In this document: positions 23,014-36,800 of the stretch, one piece after another
How the letters are laid out: the number at the start of each line of letters is the position of its first letter
Position numbering within the stretch: position 1 is the first letter of the stretch
Source: Octopus vulgaris
Taxonomy: Eukaryota
Direction: 5' to 3'
Assembly (NCBI GenBank): GCA_951406725.2
Contig: OX597814.1
Location: 21,452,001 to 21,516,000, forward strand
Length of the DNA stretch: 64,000 bases
The notes under the pieces: generated by a model
The model's database searches: none
The model's input: only the letters and a program-made list of their open reading frames with translations
What the model was told of the DNA's origin: nothing
Program-made: the position numbers and the translations under genes

Positions 23014-25077
23014 TTAGTGTGAATTTCTCTGTATTATTATGTTTGGATAGTTGAGTCTGGGTTTGTACTTTTCAATGAAGAATGTTTCCTTGTTTAGTCT
23101 AATTTGTGTTGATGATCCGAAAGCACATTGGTAAAATGGAAAGATTAAAAATTGTGGTTGTAGTTGCTTTGCGCATTTCTCAATGTGCTCACTAAAAGGT
23201 ATCATTCTATATTCTGGGAATGCAATCTGTTGTCGATGCAGTGTGCATCTACGTCTGAGTGATAGTCCCGTGGACCCCACGTAGTCTTGGTGGCAGCCCG
23301 AGCATTTTATGACATAAATTATGTTTTCAGAGGCACAAGTAAAGTTAGATTTGATCTTGAATTTCTGTCCCTCTTTAAAGAAGAATTCTGATCCTTCTAG
23401 TAGGTTAGGACATGTTGCACAGTTCGATCTACCACATTTTTTTACTTTTGCATCCGTAATTTCAGAAGATAATTTTGCCTTTGTGAGAATCTTTTTAAGT
23501 GATTTAGGCTGTTTGTAGCTTTTAATGATTTGATGTATGTTTAGAATTTCCTTTAATTTGGGGTTTTTATGAAGTATTGGTAAATTCTGGGTGATGAGGT
23601 GAAAGCTTCTTTGTTTCTGGGGTTGTATGTAGATATGTAAGGTAGTATTTTCGGGGAAGGTGTGTTGTTGTGTTGAACTTTTCTTAAAGTTTCTATGTTG
23701 ATTTCTGTTGCACGTCTGATCCCATCCTCTATGAGTTGAGCTGGGTAATGTCTGTCAATTAAGGTGTTTTTGAGTTCTTGCAGTCTGAAGTTCCTGGTAT
23801 TTTGTTCTGACACTATTGTGCATATCCTTCTTGCAAGGTTGAAGGGGATGTTTGTTTTAGTGTGTCTTGGGTGGCATGAATTAAAGAGAAGGTATTGTTT
23901 GGCGTCTGTGGCTTTGTAGAAAATGTCTGTTTCTATTTTAAGGTTAATTTTTTTTAATTAGTATATCCAAGAACGGGAGCTCCTTTTGGTTGTATTCCAT
24001 TGTAAACTGTATATTTGGGTTTATGCTGTTCAATAGGTTTTTAAATTTTAAGAGTTTATCTGTGTTTTCATTCCAGAGAATAAAACAATCGTCCAGGAAT
24101 CGTTTCCAGTTCTCTTTTATGTATTGAGAGAGGGGTTTTCCAAAGATTGATAAAGATTCCTGGTAAATGATTATTTCCATGTATCCCATTGTTAAGTTCG
24201 CAATGACTGGCGCTGCCCTTGTACCCATAGCAATTCCGGATTTTTGACGGTAAAATGTATTGTCAAACATGAAGTGGTTATTGTGTAGGATGAATTCAAT
24301 TGATTTAGTAATGAATTCTTTACTGATCCTTTTTGGTATTTCTTCCGGAAATTGGTCTAACCAGAACTGTATTGCCTCCAGTCCATAATTATGAGGTATA
24401 CTGGTATACAAGTTGACTACATCAAATGAAACCAGGATTGTTTCTTCCTTGGCTTTTTTTGGAAGGTGGTTTAACATATCTAAGTCATCTCTGATATGGC
24501 TATCGATATGTTTAAGGAAGGGTTTCAGGAGGATGTCCATAAGTAGACTTAGTCTGTGTGTTTCACAGGATGGGCCAGCTACAATGGGTCGTAGTTTTAG
24601 GTCCCCCGGGTTGGGTGTGTGTATGTATGTCTTTGGTGATTTTTTAATGGTTTCATTTATAATTTGACTTTTATGAATTTTTGGCAGATCATAGAAAAGG
24701 CTAGGTTTGCATTTAAAGTTTGTTAGGAAGTCAATCTCTTTGGTTGTTAGTTCCTTTTCATGGGTTTTAATTAGTGAAGATAGAGTTTTCATTATTTTTT
24801 GTGTGGTGTAGTTGGTAATTTTTTCATAATGTAGGTTGTCATCAAGCAAGGAAATTACAAAATTTCTGTAGTATGATGTATCCATTATTACAACTGCATT
24901 TCCCTTGTCTGCTTCCTTAATGGTTATATCCTCATCATTTTGAAGTTCTATCAGTTCTTTCCATTGTGTAGTGTTAAAATTTGGGTTAGATTTCTGTTTA
25001 TGTATAGTATGGTAGGGGAAGTTCTCAATGTGGTTACAGAATTCGTCAAGATCTTTATTTCTTCCTCTGTGTGGGAT
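23014..25077 (-). pseudogene. PLE RT-GIY-YIG polyprotein, frameshifted and 5'-truncated
   Basis: IKEADKGNAVVIM, LPKIHK, LRPIV, SFDVVNLYTSIP, GIAMGT, RFLDDCF, LPFLDI. Linker KCGRSNCATC. Endonuclease NIIYVIKCSGCHQDYVGSTG..R...H..H..E..LN. Confidence 0.9.
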
Positions 25078-25706
25078 AGTATACCTCATAATTATGGACT
25101 GGAGGCAATACAGTTCTGGTTAGACCAATTTCCGGAAGAAATACCAAAAAGGATCAGTAAAGAATTCATTACTAAATCAATTGAATTCATCCTACACAAT
25201 AACCACTTCATGTTTGACAATACATTTTACCGTCAAAAATCCGGAATTGCTATGGGTACAAGGGCAGCACCAGTCATTGCGAACTTAACAATGGGATACA
25301 TGGAAATAATCATTTACCAGGAATCTTTATCAATCTTTGGAAAACCCCTCTCTCAATACATAAAAGAGAACTGGAAACGATTCCTGGACGATTGTTTTAT
25401 TCTCTGGAATGAAAACACAGATAAACTCTTAAAATTTAAAAACCTATTGAACAGCATAAACCCAAATATACAGTTTACAATGGAATACAACCAAAAGGAG
25501 CTCCCGTTCTTGGATATACTAATTAAAAAAATTAACCTTAAAATAGAAACAGACATTTTCTACAAAGCCACAGACGCCAAACAATACCTTCTCTTTAATT
25601 CATGCCACCCAAGACACACTAAAACAAACATCCCCTTCAACCTTGCAAGAAGGATATGCACAATAGTGTCAGAACAAAATACCAGGAACTTCAGACTGCA
25701 AGAACT

Positions 25707-25707
<1 letters not shown>
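25078..25707 (+). repeat. Inverted, near-identical duplicate of PLE RT segment about 23770-24402
   Basis: ORF 24940-25887 repeats SIPHNYGLEAIQFW...LQELK. I saw only one substitution and one A-run length difference. Confidence 0.92.
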
Positions 25708-25790
<83 letters not shown>

Positions 25791-26812
25791 CACATATATG
25801 CGACGAGCTTCTTTCAGTTTCCATCTACCAAATCCAAGGCTTTGGTCGGGCCGAAGCTATAGAAGAAGACACTTGCAGTGGGACTGAACCCAGAACCATG
25901 TGGTTCGTAAGCAAGCTACTTACCACACAGCCACTCCTACGCTTATGAATGCTTATTTTTGTGCTAGGAATTCATTAACGTGCTCTAAGCCCTTGGAAAG
26001 CTTGATATATTTCTTATATGTAAAGTAAACAGAATTAAACACATACAAAACACAATGTCATTTAATCAGTGTTTCGATTGACAGAAAACAAATGGATTGT
26101 GAAGAAAATACAAATCACATTTTTAATTTTCTTTATTGCGCTTTCAAAGAGTCACGGTCTATTGACTCTACTTGCTTTTTATTATGTATCAAGAGATTGG
26201 CCAGTTTTGACAGTCATGAGAAGGAATTTAGATGCCTTCATTTTTTTGTTGCTTTATTTTGCATAGAATTGGAGTAGAGTGGATAAGATGAATTTATATT
26301 AAAGAAACGTCAAATTATTTGCTACCCAACTATAATTCTCAATACAAGAAACAAATTTATTTAACTTTACATTTCCATACCAAAATCCTTTCTAGTAAAC
26401 TTAAGTACAGACCTTCCTGATGCACAATGTATTGCAATTAACATCAAAGGACACGTGATTACCTGAAAATGTTGTGAATGCATTTCGAACCGTTATTAGT
26501 AGTCTCTTTCCAGTCAATTGATATGCACAAGCGACCAAAAACCGATCGAATGGAACTTTTATCCTGATTATATGTTACTTTTTACCATATACATACACAC
26601 ATAGACACAACACAACACACACACACACAAACACAGACACACACACACATACATACACACACACTCACACATACATACAAATGTATACGTCGATACATAC
26701 ATGTATACATGGATACATACATGCATGAATATAGATAGATAGATTGATAGATAGACAGACAGACAGATGGGCGGACAGACAGGCAGATATACAGACAGAC
26801 AGACAGACAGAC

Positions 26813-26844
<32 letters not shown>

Positions 26845-26894
26845 GGATGGATGGATGGATGGATGGATGGATGGATGGATGGATGGATAGATAG

Positions 26895-26945
26895 ATAACC
26901 TTATTGGCCACACACAGGGTTAGACACAGAGGGGACAATTACAAT
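26895..26945 (-). mobile_element. About 50-bp 3'-terminal fragment of the Tx1-like LINE in (GATA)n
   Basis: Minus strand ttgtaattgtcccctctgtgtctaaccctgtgtgtggccaataagg(ttatctatc) resembles 27016-27070. Confidence 0.7.
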
Positions 26946-26950
26946 GGATG

Positions 26951-26990
<40 letters not shown>

Positions 26991-27429
26991 CATAGAAAGA
27001 AAGGAAGAAAGAAAGATAAGTTTCTTTATTAGCCACACAGGGCTGCACACAGGTGAGACAAATTACAAGGTAGAACTTTTCTTTTGGGGGATGAAAAAAA
27101 AATGAAGGAAAAAAAAATGAAAAAAAAAAGTGGAGTAGGTTTTCGATCAAAAGGGATCGTAAAAGGGAAAAAAGAAAGAAACAAAAAAGGAAAAGAAACA
27201 AAAAAAGAAACAAAAGAAAAAGAAAAAGAGGAAAAAGGGGAAGAGGAAGAAAAAGGATCAATAGGGATCGTGTATCACAGTGTCATGATGCACGGTGTAA
27301 AGGGGGAAGCAGATAAGATTTATCCGTGAGTAGAAAAGCCTACGAAAAAGACCACGGTAACGTCGGTCAATATTGTTATATGTTACCACATTTGTTTGCA
27401 AGTGGGTAACCCTCTGTTTTCAATTTCTG

Positions 27430-30400
27430 GGTTCATAGGATTATGCTCAAGGTGGCTTCGTCATTCATACGTGCCATCCTTGCTAAAATTCACCCATCTT
27501 TTTTTAAAACATTCGCTAGACAAAGAGAGGAAAGTGTTTGTCTCCAATCCTTTCAGACGCGTCCACCAGATACATTCTTTCGCCATAGCCACAAGGATGA
27601 TGAAAAAGCTCTTCCTTCCCGTTTGAAGGAAGGAGGCGTGACAATATTGACGATAGACTCAGCTGATAAACCGACTCGTCCCACACGTGACAGCAGTTGT
27701 TCGACATAAGCCCACAGGTCGGAAATTGTTGGACACTGCACGAGTGCGTGCAGAACGGTTTCGTCGCTCTGACCGCATCTCGGGCAGGTCGGCCCTGTGT
27801 TTCTCGAGCCGTGTCTGTAGAGCTTATCCCGAACGGGTAGCGCTTCTCGGTAGCATTGCCAGGCCAGGGATCTCTGGAAGTTGTCCATGGGCCCTGGCCC
27901 GAAATTCGTCCCGAACAGGCGGGTCAGGTATTCCTCATCGACGTCCAGGTTCGCCCCGAGCTCGTCGTCGTACCTCCCCTCCACTAATCCCCTATAGAAT
28001 GCTTGGGTTGTGATGGAGTCACTCAAGGTCGACTCGGGACGGCAGAGTTGCTTGAGAGCAACGCGACACTCGCGGTGCCATTCGCCCTTCCTCGGCCTGT
28101 TTTTGATCTACGACTGCAGTTCGGTAATGGAGACGAGCTGCGGGAAAGCGTGCCTCACAAACGGCGACCACACCTGTTCCCCGTCGTCCATGAAGAGCCT
28201 GAGATGTTGCATTCTCAGCGCGTGTCTGTGCATCATCAATCACGGCATGCCCAGTCCTCCTTTTAACGGTTGTTGACAGCAAATGAATCGCCTGACCATC
28301 ATTTCCACAAGAAGCGAAAGAGAATGCGTTCTAGTTTGGTGATGGTAGGGTCGGGACAAGGTACGACGGTCAGGCGGTAGTAGATGACGGACGCGATGTA
28401 CGTGTTCGCCACCTCTGTCCGACCGTTTAGGGACAGTTTCCTCTCGGCCCATTGCCGGGCGAGAGTGACCACCCTACTCGTTATCTCGTTCCAGTTCTTC
28501 TCCACTTGGAGGTCCTGACCGAACCAGACCCTGAGCAACTCGACCGGAGTGTTGGTCCAACGTCCCACGACGGAGGCGCTGGTGGACGGCATGGGCTTGC
28601 TTCTCCAGGTGCCTAGTCGCAAGCCCACTGACTTTTCCCGGTTGATTTTCGCTCCTATCACCGCTTCGTAGTTTTTCAGTGTCTCGCCGACCTGCTCGAT
28701 GTGCTCGTGGCTAGACACTATGACGGTGACGTCGTCCGCGTATGCAGACACGCTCGTCCCGCATCCCAGTTCTCGCGGGATGCTTCTCAGAGTTGCCAGC
28801 TTCCACAATAATGGCTCGAGAGTCAATACATATAGAAGTGATGAGAGGGGGCATCCCTGATGGACCGAACGTGCGATGTCGAAAGGTTTCGATAGATGTC
28901 CATTTACGCGAATTACCGAACGGATGCCTCTGTACAAAGCGGCTATCCAGCCGCGGAAGACGGGACCGAAGCCAGCGGCTCTGAGGACAGCCTCCAGGTA
29001 TCGATGGTCTACCCTATCGAAAGCTTTCGATTGATCCAAATTGATCAGCGCCCCCACCCATGCCAGGTCCGTTAACTACCCTGTCTATGATGTAGCGCAT
29101 CAGGTGGAGGTTGTCATGGATGGTCCGGCCCGGCACGGCGCACGTTTGCGTCTTGTCGACCAGTTTCTCGATGACAAGCGCCAACCTCTTGGCTAACACC
29201 TTGGCCAAAATTGCATTAAGCAGAGTGATGGGACTAAAGTTATCTATTTCCCTTGTTTAGTTCTTTCTTCAGCAGTGTTACGGCTCCTCGGCTCACAAAA
29301 CCAGGAATGCTCCCGTTTTGCTGCCAGTTGCAGTACACCGCTGCCAAGACGTCTCCAAACAAGTCTGGCATACAACTGTAAAGCTCGTAGGGTAGACCAT
29401 CCAAAACCGGCGATTTGTCCCTCGAGCATTCTGCCATCGCGTCCTGCACTTCCGCCGCCGTGATGGCACCTTCGCAGCACCCTGCCTCTCTTGTCGAGAG
29501 TCATGGTAGGCTGTGTAGGTAGGCGCTGAAATCCACCCTACGTTCTTGCCGCCACTCGTCCCGAACAGTCGGGCAAAATGCTGTTGAAAGGCCTCACGCA
29601 TTTTACTTGGCTTGAGCAATTCGCGCCCCTGTTCATCTACCAGAGACCGAATGGTGGCTTTGTTTCCCTGTTGCGCCTCAGCCACCCGGGCCTCTCTCGC
29701 GGCTCCAACACCTTCGTTCCTTAGAGCACGCATCCTAGCTCTGATAGCACACCCTTCGTGTTTGGCGTTGAAGTGTTGGTCGAGGGCCAACCTCGCCGCC
29801 AAAACGTCGGATGCGATGCCACTTCTAATTGCCTCTTCTAGCTTCTTAACTAGCTCACCCTCTACTCTATTTCTATCTATGGCTAGTGCTTTGCTGCACC
29901 TAATCGCTTCTGCTTCTACTGCTCTCTTGAGGGCAAACCATCATTTGTTGTTGATGATGGCTCCCGTCAAAGCCCTCTTTACTAGTGCGCTAATCTGGTC
30001 TCTGAAAACCTGTCTCGATGGGAAAGACGCGTTTAGTTTCCAGTATCCGGGACCCTGCCTAAGTGTCTTACCTAAGTCTAGCGTACATGTCACAAGTTTG
30101 TGATTCGTGTAGCTGACTATGTGGAATTGTAAACATCCTATGCTATCTCTATCTACTGTCCTACACAGTATCCTATCTAGATACGATCTCGACGACCCGA
30201 TGCAGTTGCTCCATGTCCACGTTGGCGCATTCGGGTAGTCTAGTCGGAACCTGTCAGACAGTTGAAAGCGTCTGAGCAGGTCTCTGAGGCATTTGCATCC
30301 CCGTCTATTCCTATCTCTGCCCACGTAGTCTACATACGTGTCCAAGGTAGCATTCCAACCCCCCACTAAGAATAAAGGACGAGACGTTCCCAAGAATACT

Positions 30401-30780
30401 TCTAGACGTTGAAAGAATTCCGCCCGACCTGTTAAGGGCGGTGCGTAGACTGATACGAGTCGAAAAGCGCACCCATTGCTGCCGTCGACATCCAGGACGA
30501 CCAGTCTACCCTCCGGGTCTACGAATATTGTCTTTACTTTGAAATCCAGACTCTTGCGAAAAAGTACCGCGGTGCCACTACCGCCCATTCTTGGCAGACA
30601 GGGGGAAAAATAAATGTTGAACTGTCCGCCAAACATGGTCTTTAGGGCTCGCCGATTGTGGAGTCTGGTCTCACTTATGGCTATGATTTCTAACTTGTGT
30701 GACTTTATGTCATTTAAGAGGTACCCTTGTTTCCAAGGGGACCCCAAGCCACGCGCATTTACACAACCAATCTTGATCAT
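27430..30780 (-). pseudogene. Tx1 ORF2 (APE endonuclease, RT, C-terminal zinc finger), frameshifted with deletions
   Basis: CVNARGL, ISETRL, SYLDRIL, GPGYWKLN, KSPVLDGLPYE, GRTIHDNL, LDQSKAFDRVDH, QGCPLS, YADDVTV, GGLGMP, CPRC..ETVLHALVQC. Confidence 0.9.
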
Positions 30781-30824
30781 AATCCTACTGAATTAGAATA
30801 CAAGTGAAAGGAACAGAGGGTTAC

Positions 30825-31661
30825 TTACTGCTCGAAAGTTTTTGCTTTCTCCTCCTTTGGTTTGTCCTCGAGGAGATCCCAGTAAAGTTTCTTTGTGAGT
30901 AATTTTTGGCATTCACCAACCGCACTGGGGAAAATGCCTTTGAGTGTGTGGTGCAGACTTCTGGAGATGTGTAATATTTTGATGTGGTCTGGTGGTGTTG
31001 TGTATGGGTGATTGTTTGTTTTTACGTCATCTTCTGTTATGTTTGTTTTTGATTTGATGTATTCCATCAAATTTGTGTTTTTGGTGTCTATAGCTGTGAG
31101 CATGTTTGCTGTATATATTTTTGTGGTGTTGGTGTGGCTGTTGTTTGTGTTGGGTTTTGAAATGTCTTCGGGAGATGTATTTCCCCCTGCTTTGTTTGTG
31201 TTTGCATTTGGTTTGGTTGTGTTTCTGCTCTTTATTTTCCTTCCTTTTCTAGCTATTTGCCATTCCTCACTGGTTTCGTCTTCCGACGAATTTTCTGAGG
31301 AATCAGTAGGGGATAGGGGTATGTTGTAGGCTTCTATGTATGTCTGTGTAAGTGGTTGTGCCGTTGTTTTCGTTGCTGTTGGTTGTTGAGTGTTTGTGTG
31401 TGGTGAGTGCGGTATAAGGGATGGGGAATCAGTTTTTGTATATTTTCTTTGTTTTTCTGTTCCTTTGGTTCTTGCTGTTGTTGGTGGTGTTGGTATTTTC
31501 TCAGGTGTTGAGTAATTTTTGGTTGTTGACGGATTAGCTTCGTGTGCTTCTCTTGTCGTCTTCTGTGTTGATGGTGGTGTGGGTAGTAGAGCTTTTTCTC
31601 GTTGTGTTTTGGTTGTGGTAGTGGTTGTTGTTGTTTCTCTTGGTGTGCAGTGGTTGGGCAC
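30825..31661 (-). CDS. C-terminal part of Tx1 ORF1 (T/P/K-rich low complexity)
   Basis: 278-aa open frame ending 45 nt upstream of the ORF2 ATG, on the same strand. Truncated at the microsatellite. Confidence 0.6.
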   Translation of the reverse strand: MPNHCTPRETTTTTTTTKTQREKALLPTPPSTQKTTREAHEANPSTTKNYSTPEKIPTPPTTARTKGTEKQRKYTKTDSPSLIPHSPHTNTQQPTATKTTAQPLTQTYIEAYNIPLSPTDSSENSSEDETSEEWQIARKGRKIKSRNTTKPNANTNKAGGNTSPEDISKPNTNNSHTNTTKIYTANMLTAIDTKNTNLMEYIKSKTNITEDDVKTNNHPYTTPPDHIKILHISRSLHHTLKGIFPSAVGECQKLLTKKLYWDLLEDKPKEEKAKTFEQ

Positions 31662-31693
31662 GTCTTAAGAAAGAAAGAAAGAAAGAAAGAAAG

Positions 31694-31730
<37 letters not shown>

Positions 31731-31915
31731 TACGTTCTGGTCTTCTTTCGGTCAACTGCAGCTACCTTCAGCAAAACAAGTAGGCGATATAAATTACGAT
31801 GGTTGCGTAAAGTTATCATACGATCATTAGAGCCAAATATTGATTATGATGTATCAAGGAGACTTTCTTTGAAATTCATTGAGGAGCAATATGGGCATGT
31901 AATGGCATGTTGGAA

Positions 31916-32580
<665 letters not shown>

Positions 32581-33728
32581 TAAATCGAAATTAGTTCACT
32601 TCATTTAACTATCATCAGTAGAGTGAGTGGCGAATGGTGTGGATCTAAATGCATGCTTCTTATATAGTATTGTCTCTACACTGATCGTGATCTTTCGCTT
32701 GTCACTTTCTTTCTATGTATGCTGTTCTATTCACCAACATAGAATTTGCACAAATGTTACTCAATAATTCAAGACTACATCAGAAACTGTTTACAATGAA
32801 ACAAGAGAACGCATATTCCTGCTTTATCGGCTTTCAGGAAAAGTACAACTCTCTCTCGTTCTTTCTTTTTCCTTCTCTCTTTTTCTTTCTCTCTCTCTCT
32901 CTCTCTCTCTATGTCTCCCTCCCTTTCCCTATCTCTGTCTCCATTTCTCTCTCTACTTCTCTTTCTATTTTCCTCTTTATTTCACTCTATTTTTCTCTCT
33001 CCCTCTCTCTGTCTTTCTCTTTCTCCCTACTTTTCTCTTTATTTTTCTCTCTCTTTCACACTTCCGTTCTCTCTCTTCAGCTCTCTCTTTCTCATTGTCT
33101 CTCCATTTCTTGCTCTATTTCTCTATTTCTCTCCCATTCTCTCTCCCTCTTTCTCGCTCTCTCTCTCTCTCTAAAACATCCAAACTCATTCTCAGGGAGA
33201 TTAAATATACTTTGATATATATGCTTTACTCTGTTTAACATTTTTCAATTAAAACTATTTAGACAAGTTCCTGTTTTAATAATATATACGTTGATTTATT
33301 ATTATTAGAAATTAGTATGTAATGGTTATTGGTATAGAATGTTTAAATTAAATTAAATTGCAACAACGTCGATGTTGCATGATCACATCAGAATTTCAGA
33401 GAATAAAAAAGTATGAACATATCAAATGCTAAATTGACAGATAGAAGCCAACAAAAAATCAATAGTAATAATTCAAACGAATTAATGAAAAAAAAAAAGG
33501 TGGGGAAGAGATGTATAAGCAACAATGAGTTGAAAATGGATGGCATCTGAACATAATAAAAACCAAATCAAATTGTTTTTTCTTTTCATTTTACGGTAAC
33601 ATATATCATGTAACTTGCTTCAAAATATCAGCCCAAATCTAAATGGATAGAAATTGAATCATAAACCTAAAAATAGCCAATTAGATGATTAATTTAATAA
33701 TAACTATGAAAACGACAACAACATCAGA

Positions 33729-33802
<74 letters not shown>

Positions 33803-33826
33803 GAAGAAGAAGAAGAAGAAGAAGAA

Positions 33827-36800
33827 CACCGGGGACGTTTAACATGTGAGAGCGATAAAACAGTGCTCCGAAATCTATCCACAAACATCGGAAACAAAGA
33901 CATCGCATGGAGCTAAAAAATAACTTACAAAGGATTGGACTATATCCGAGTAAGTAATGCTCATTGAAATTTATTCCTATTTTCAAAACGAAATGATGTA
34001 TTTTAACTCGCTATCATCTCCACCTCTAACACAACACATGTAAACATGCGTGATACATTACGATCCATCAACACCAGATCATCTCCGGCCCCAAACACCA
34101 TGTACAAAAAAACTACGAATAAATTAAATAATACCGGTATTATTCAACCCAAGAATAACAACCGGGAAGTACGTACTGTAAACTTACAACATAAAATGTA
34201 CGAAAAACTACACGTGCAAAACAATGTGACAACAGAAATGAACGGACCGGTACCCTACGAAAATGAGGACCGTCAAAATAATGGGCCGGACGCTGTTCCT
34301 CAGGTCCCGCAAATAAAACCAAAAAGGCATAAATGGACACGTGAGGAATACATTTCAATCCTACACGCTTACTTTACAGCAGTGCTCTACCCAAATAGCG
34401 AAAACACAACAACATATACATATAAAATATGAAAGAAAAATAACATAAATAAAGACTTGGTACAGCAATGAACCCTAATAAACTAGCTAACGTACGAAGA
34501 TATATTCTCAACGCAAAAGAAATATCAGAAATAGAAATAGAACATTTAAAAGAAAAAATACATCAGGAAAATGTAGATAGAAGTCACACAACAATGCCAA
34601 ATAATATAAACACTGAAACAGTAAAACACGAAGACAAACGTAACATTTCCAACAAAAACGATGTAAACAAAAAAACACAACAAACCCAGACCGTAAGGAT
34701 GCATAATAATACACGACAAACAGCAATCCAAAACACGACAAACAAACATACAAATGAGAAAGAAAGCGACACAAATCTAAAACCTGGAAACAACGAAGGG
34801 GAGCCTAATGATTATGATACTATAAAAAGTAGAATAATCAAAGAACTGAAAACCACAGAGCTCAAAATTGACCACCGACCATACCTCCCAAAAATCAAAA
34901 TAGACAAAACAACAACACCAATTATAAACAGCATAAATCTAGCCTTTACGGAACTAATAGCCACTGAAACAAAAAGTGATATCACTTAACTAAATGACTT
35001 AGTATACGCAGCAGCCACTGCAGCCACAAAAGAAGCTGGATACTCACTCAAACCCATCCAAACAGGAGTACCACCACCCAAACAAACCCTGTGGATAAAT
35101 AACATCCAAAACAAAATACAAAAAATGAGAAAAGATCTGTCGATTCTTAATGAAATCAGTAGACAATCAACGCTACTGAGCAACAAAATGAGAACAAAAA
35201 TACTCCGCAAATACAACATCACAGAAAAAGATTTACCTGAGATAAAAGCTAAAGCAAGATATCCTTGCCAAAGCACAAAGGATCCGCGTGTACGAGAAAC
35301 GCCAACGTTTCTTTGAACAAAACAAACAGTTCAACTCCAGCACCAAAAAGTTCTACCAAGAAATTGGCAAAAATAAAATAGAAATCACTGCAGCACCAAC
35401 GGCAGAAGAAGTGGAAGAATTCTGGAGAGAAATATGGTTGGCGAAGGAACAACCAAAAAAAAGGAGTATTAAAACAACAAACTCAGCATCTGAGCAACTT
35501 TGGACCCCCATAACAACTGAAGAGGTCACCCAGGCACTGCAAAGATTAAGCAACTGGAAGGCACCTGGACATGACAAGATCTCCAACTTCTGGTTGAAAT
35601 ATCTAACAGGAATGCACAAAAAGCTGGCTGAAAACTTTAACAACATACTAGCAGAGCCAAAGACAATGCCTGAATGGCTCACGAAGGGGAAAACCATCTT
35701 AATTCCCAAATCAAATGAGACAGCAAAACCAGAAAACTACAGACCTATAACCTGTCTCCCTACAATGTACAAGGCATTTACTGCAGTAATATCGCAAAGA
35801 TTGAACAAGCACCTGGACGAAAACAACCTGTTTCCAGAAGAGCAGAAAGGATGCCGCAAAGGCTCATATGGCTGTAAAGATCAACTAATGATCAATAAAG
35901 CCATAACTGAAGACAGCCACAGAAAGAAGAAAGGCCTCAGTATGGCCTGGATCGACTACAAAAAGGCGTTTGATAGCATCCCCCACACATGGATCCTCGA
36001 AACACTAGCCATTAACAAAGTTGCACCAAAATTATAAAATACATAGGACACTCTATGAATAAATGGCAGACAGTGCTACAGCTCCAAACAAAAGAGAGAC
36101 TTGTGAAAACCAAAGCCATCCCCATTAGAAGAGGAATATTCCAGGGAGATACGCTCTCTCCACTCCTTTCCTGCTTGGCACTGTCACCTCTATCGGATAT
36201 GCTAAACAGAACTGGATGCGGATATAAATGTTACGGCAAAACGATCAGCCACCTTTTATATATGGATGACCTAAAACTATACGCTACAAATGACAAACAG
36301 CTGGAAACACTACTAAAGACAGTTCATGGATTTATCAAAGAAATAGATATGAAATTTGGATTAGAGAAATCCGCCAAAGTAACCCTGAAAAGAGGAAAAC
36401 TAGTTAGGAGTAGCAACATTACACTAGATAAAACCAATGAAATAAAAGAATTAGACCAAAGTCAAACTTACAAATACTTAGGAATCCATGAACTAGATAA
36501 GACACAACACACACAAATGAAAGAGAAAATAAAAAATGAATATTATAGACGAGTTAGATCAATACTGAAAACAGAGCTCAATGCTAAAAACAAGATTATA
36601 TATATCAACACTTTGGCCGTCCCAGTTATAAGTTACAGTTACAATATCCTTAACTGGACACTAAATGAACTGACCAAAATAGATAGGAAAACAAGAAAAA
36701 TAATGACAGGATCTAGGATGCATCACCCAAAATCTGACATAGAAAGGCTATATATACAACGTATAGAAGGTGGTAGAGGCCTTATACAGCTGGAAAACTA

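Larger units (their letters stand above)
22705..25707 (-). mobile_element. Penelope-like element (Neptune-type), 5'-truncated, with an inverted internal duplication at the 5' junction
   Basis: RT, Cys-rich linker and GIY-YIG on the minus strand. Hammerhead-like motif in the 3' region. Flanked by (TA)n. Confidence 0.9.
21855..25943 (-). mobile_element. SINE family A copy split by about 3.6 kb of PLE insertions in its internal (TA)n
   Basis: 3' half at 21855-22080 and 5' half with the tRNA head at 25800-25943. The two halves together give one complete family A unit. Confidence 0.85.
27016..31667 (-). mobile_element. L1/Tx1-clade LINE (partial ORF1 + APE-RT ORF2), decayed, in (GATA)n/(GAAA)n
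   Basis: Two-ORF layout. The 3' end has AATAAA followed by TATC/TTTC repeats, and tetranucleotide tracts lie on both sides. Confidence 0.88.

Noticed and set aside
24940-25887. Independent plus-strand RT gene
   Set aside because: Chimeric frame made of antisense PLE sequence, the inverted duplicate, and microsatellite/SINE read-through.
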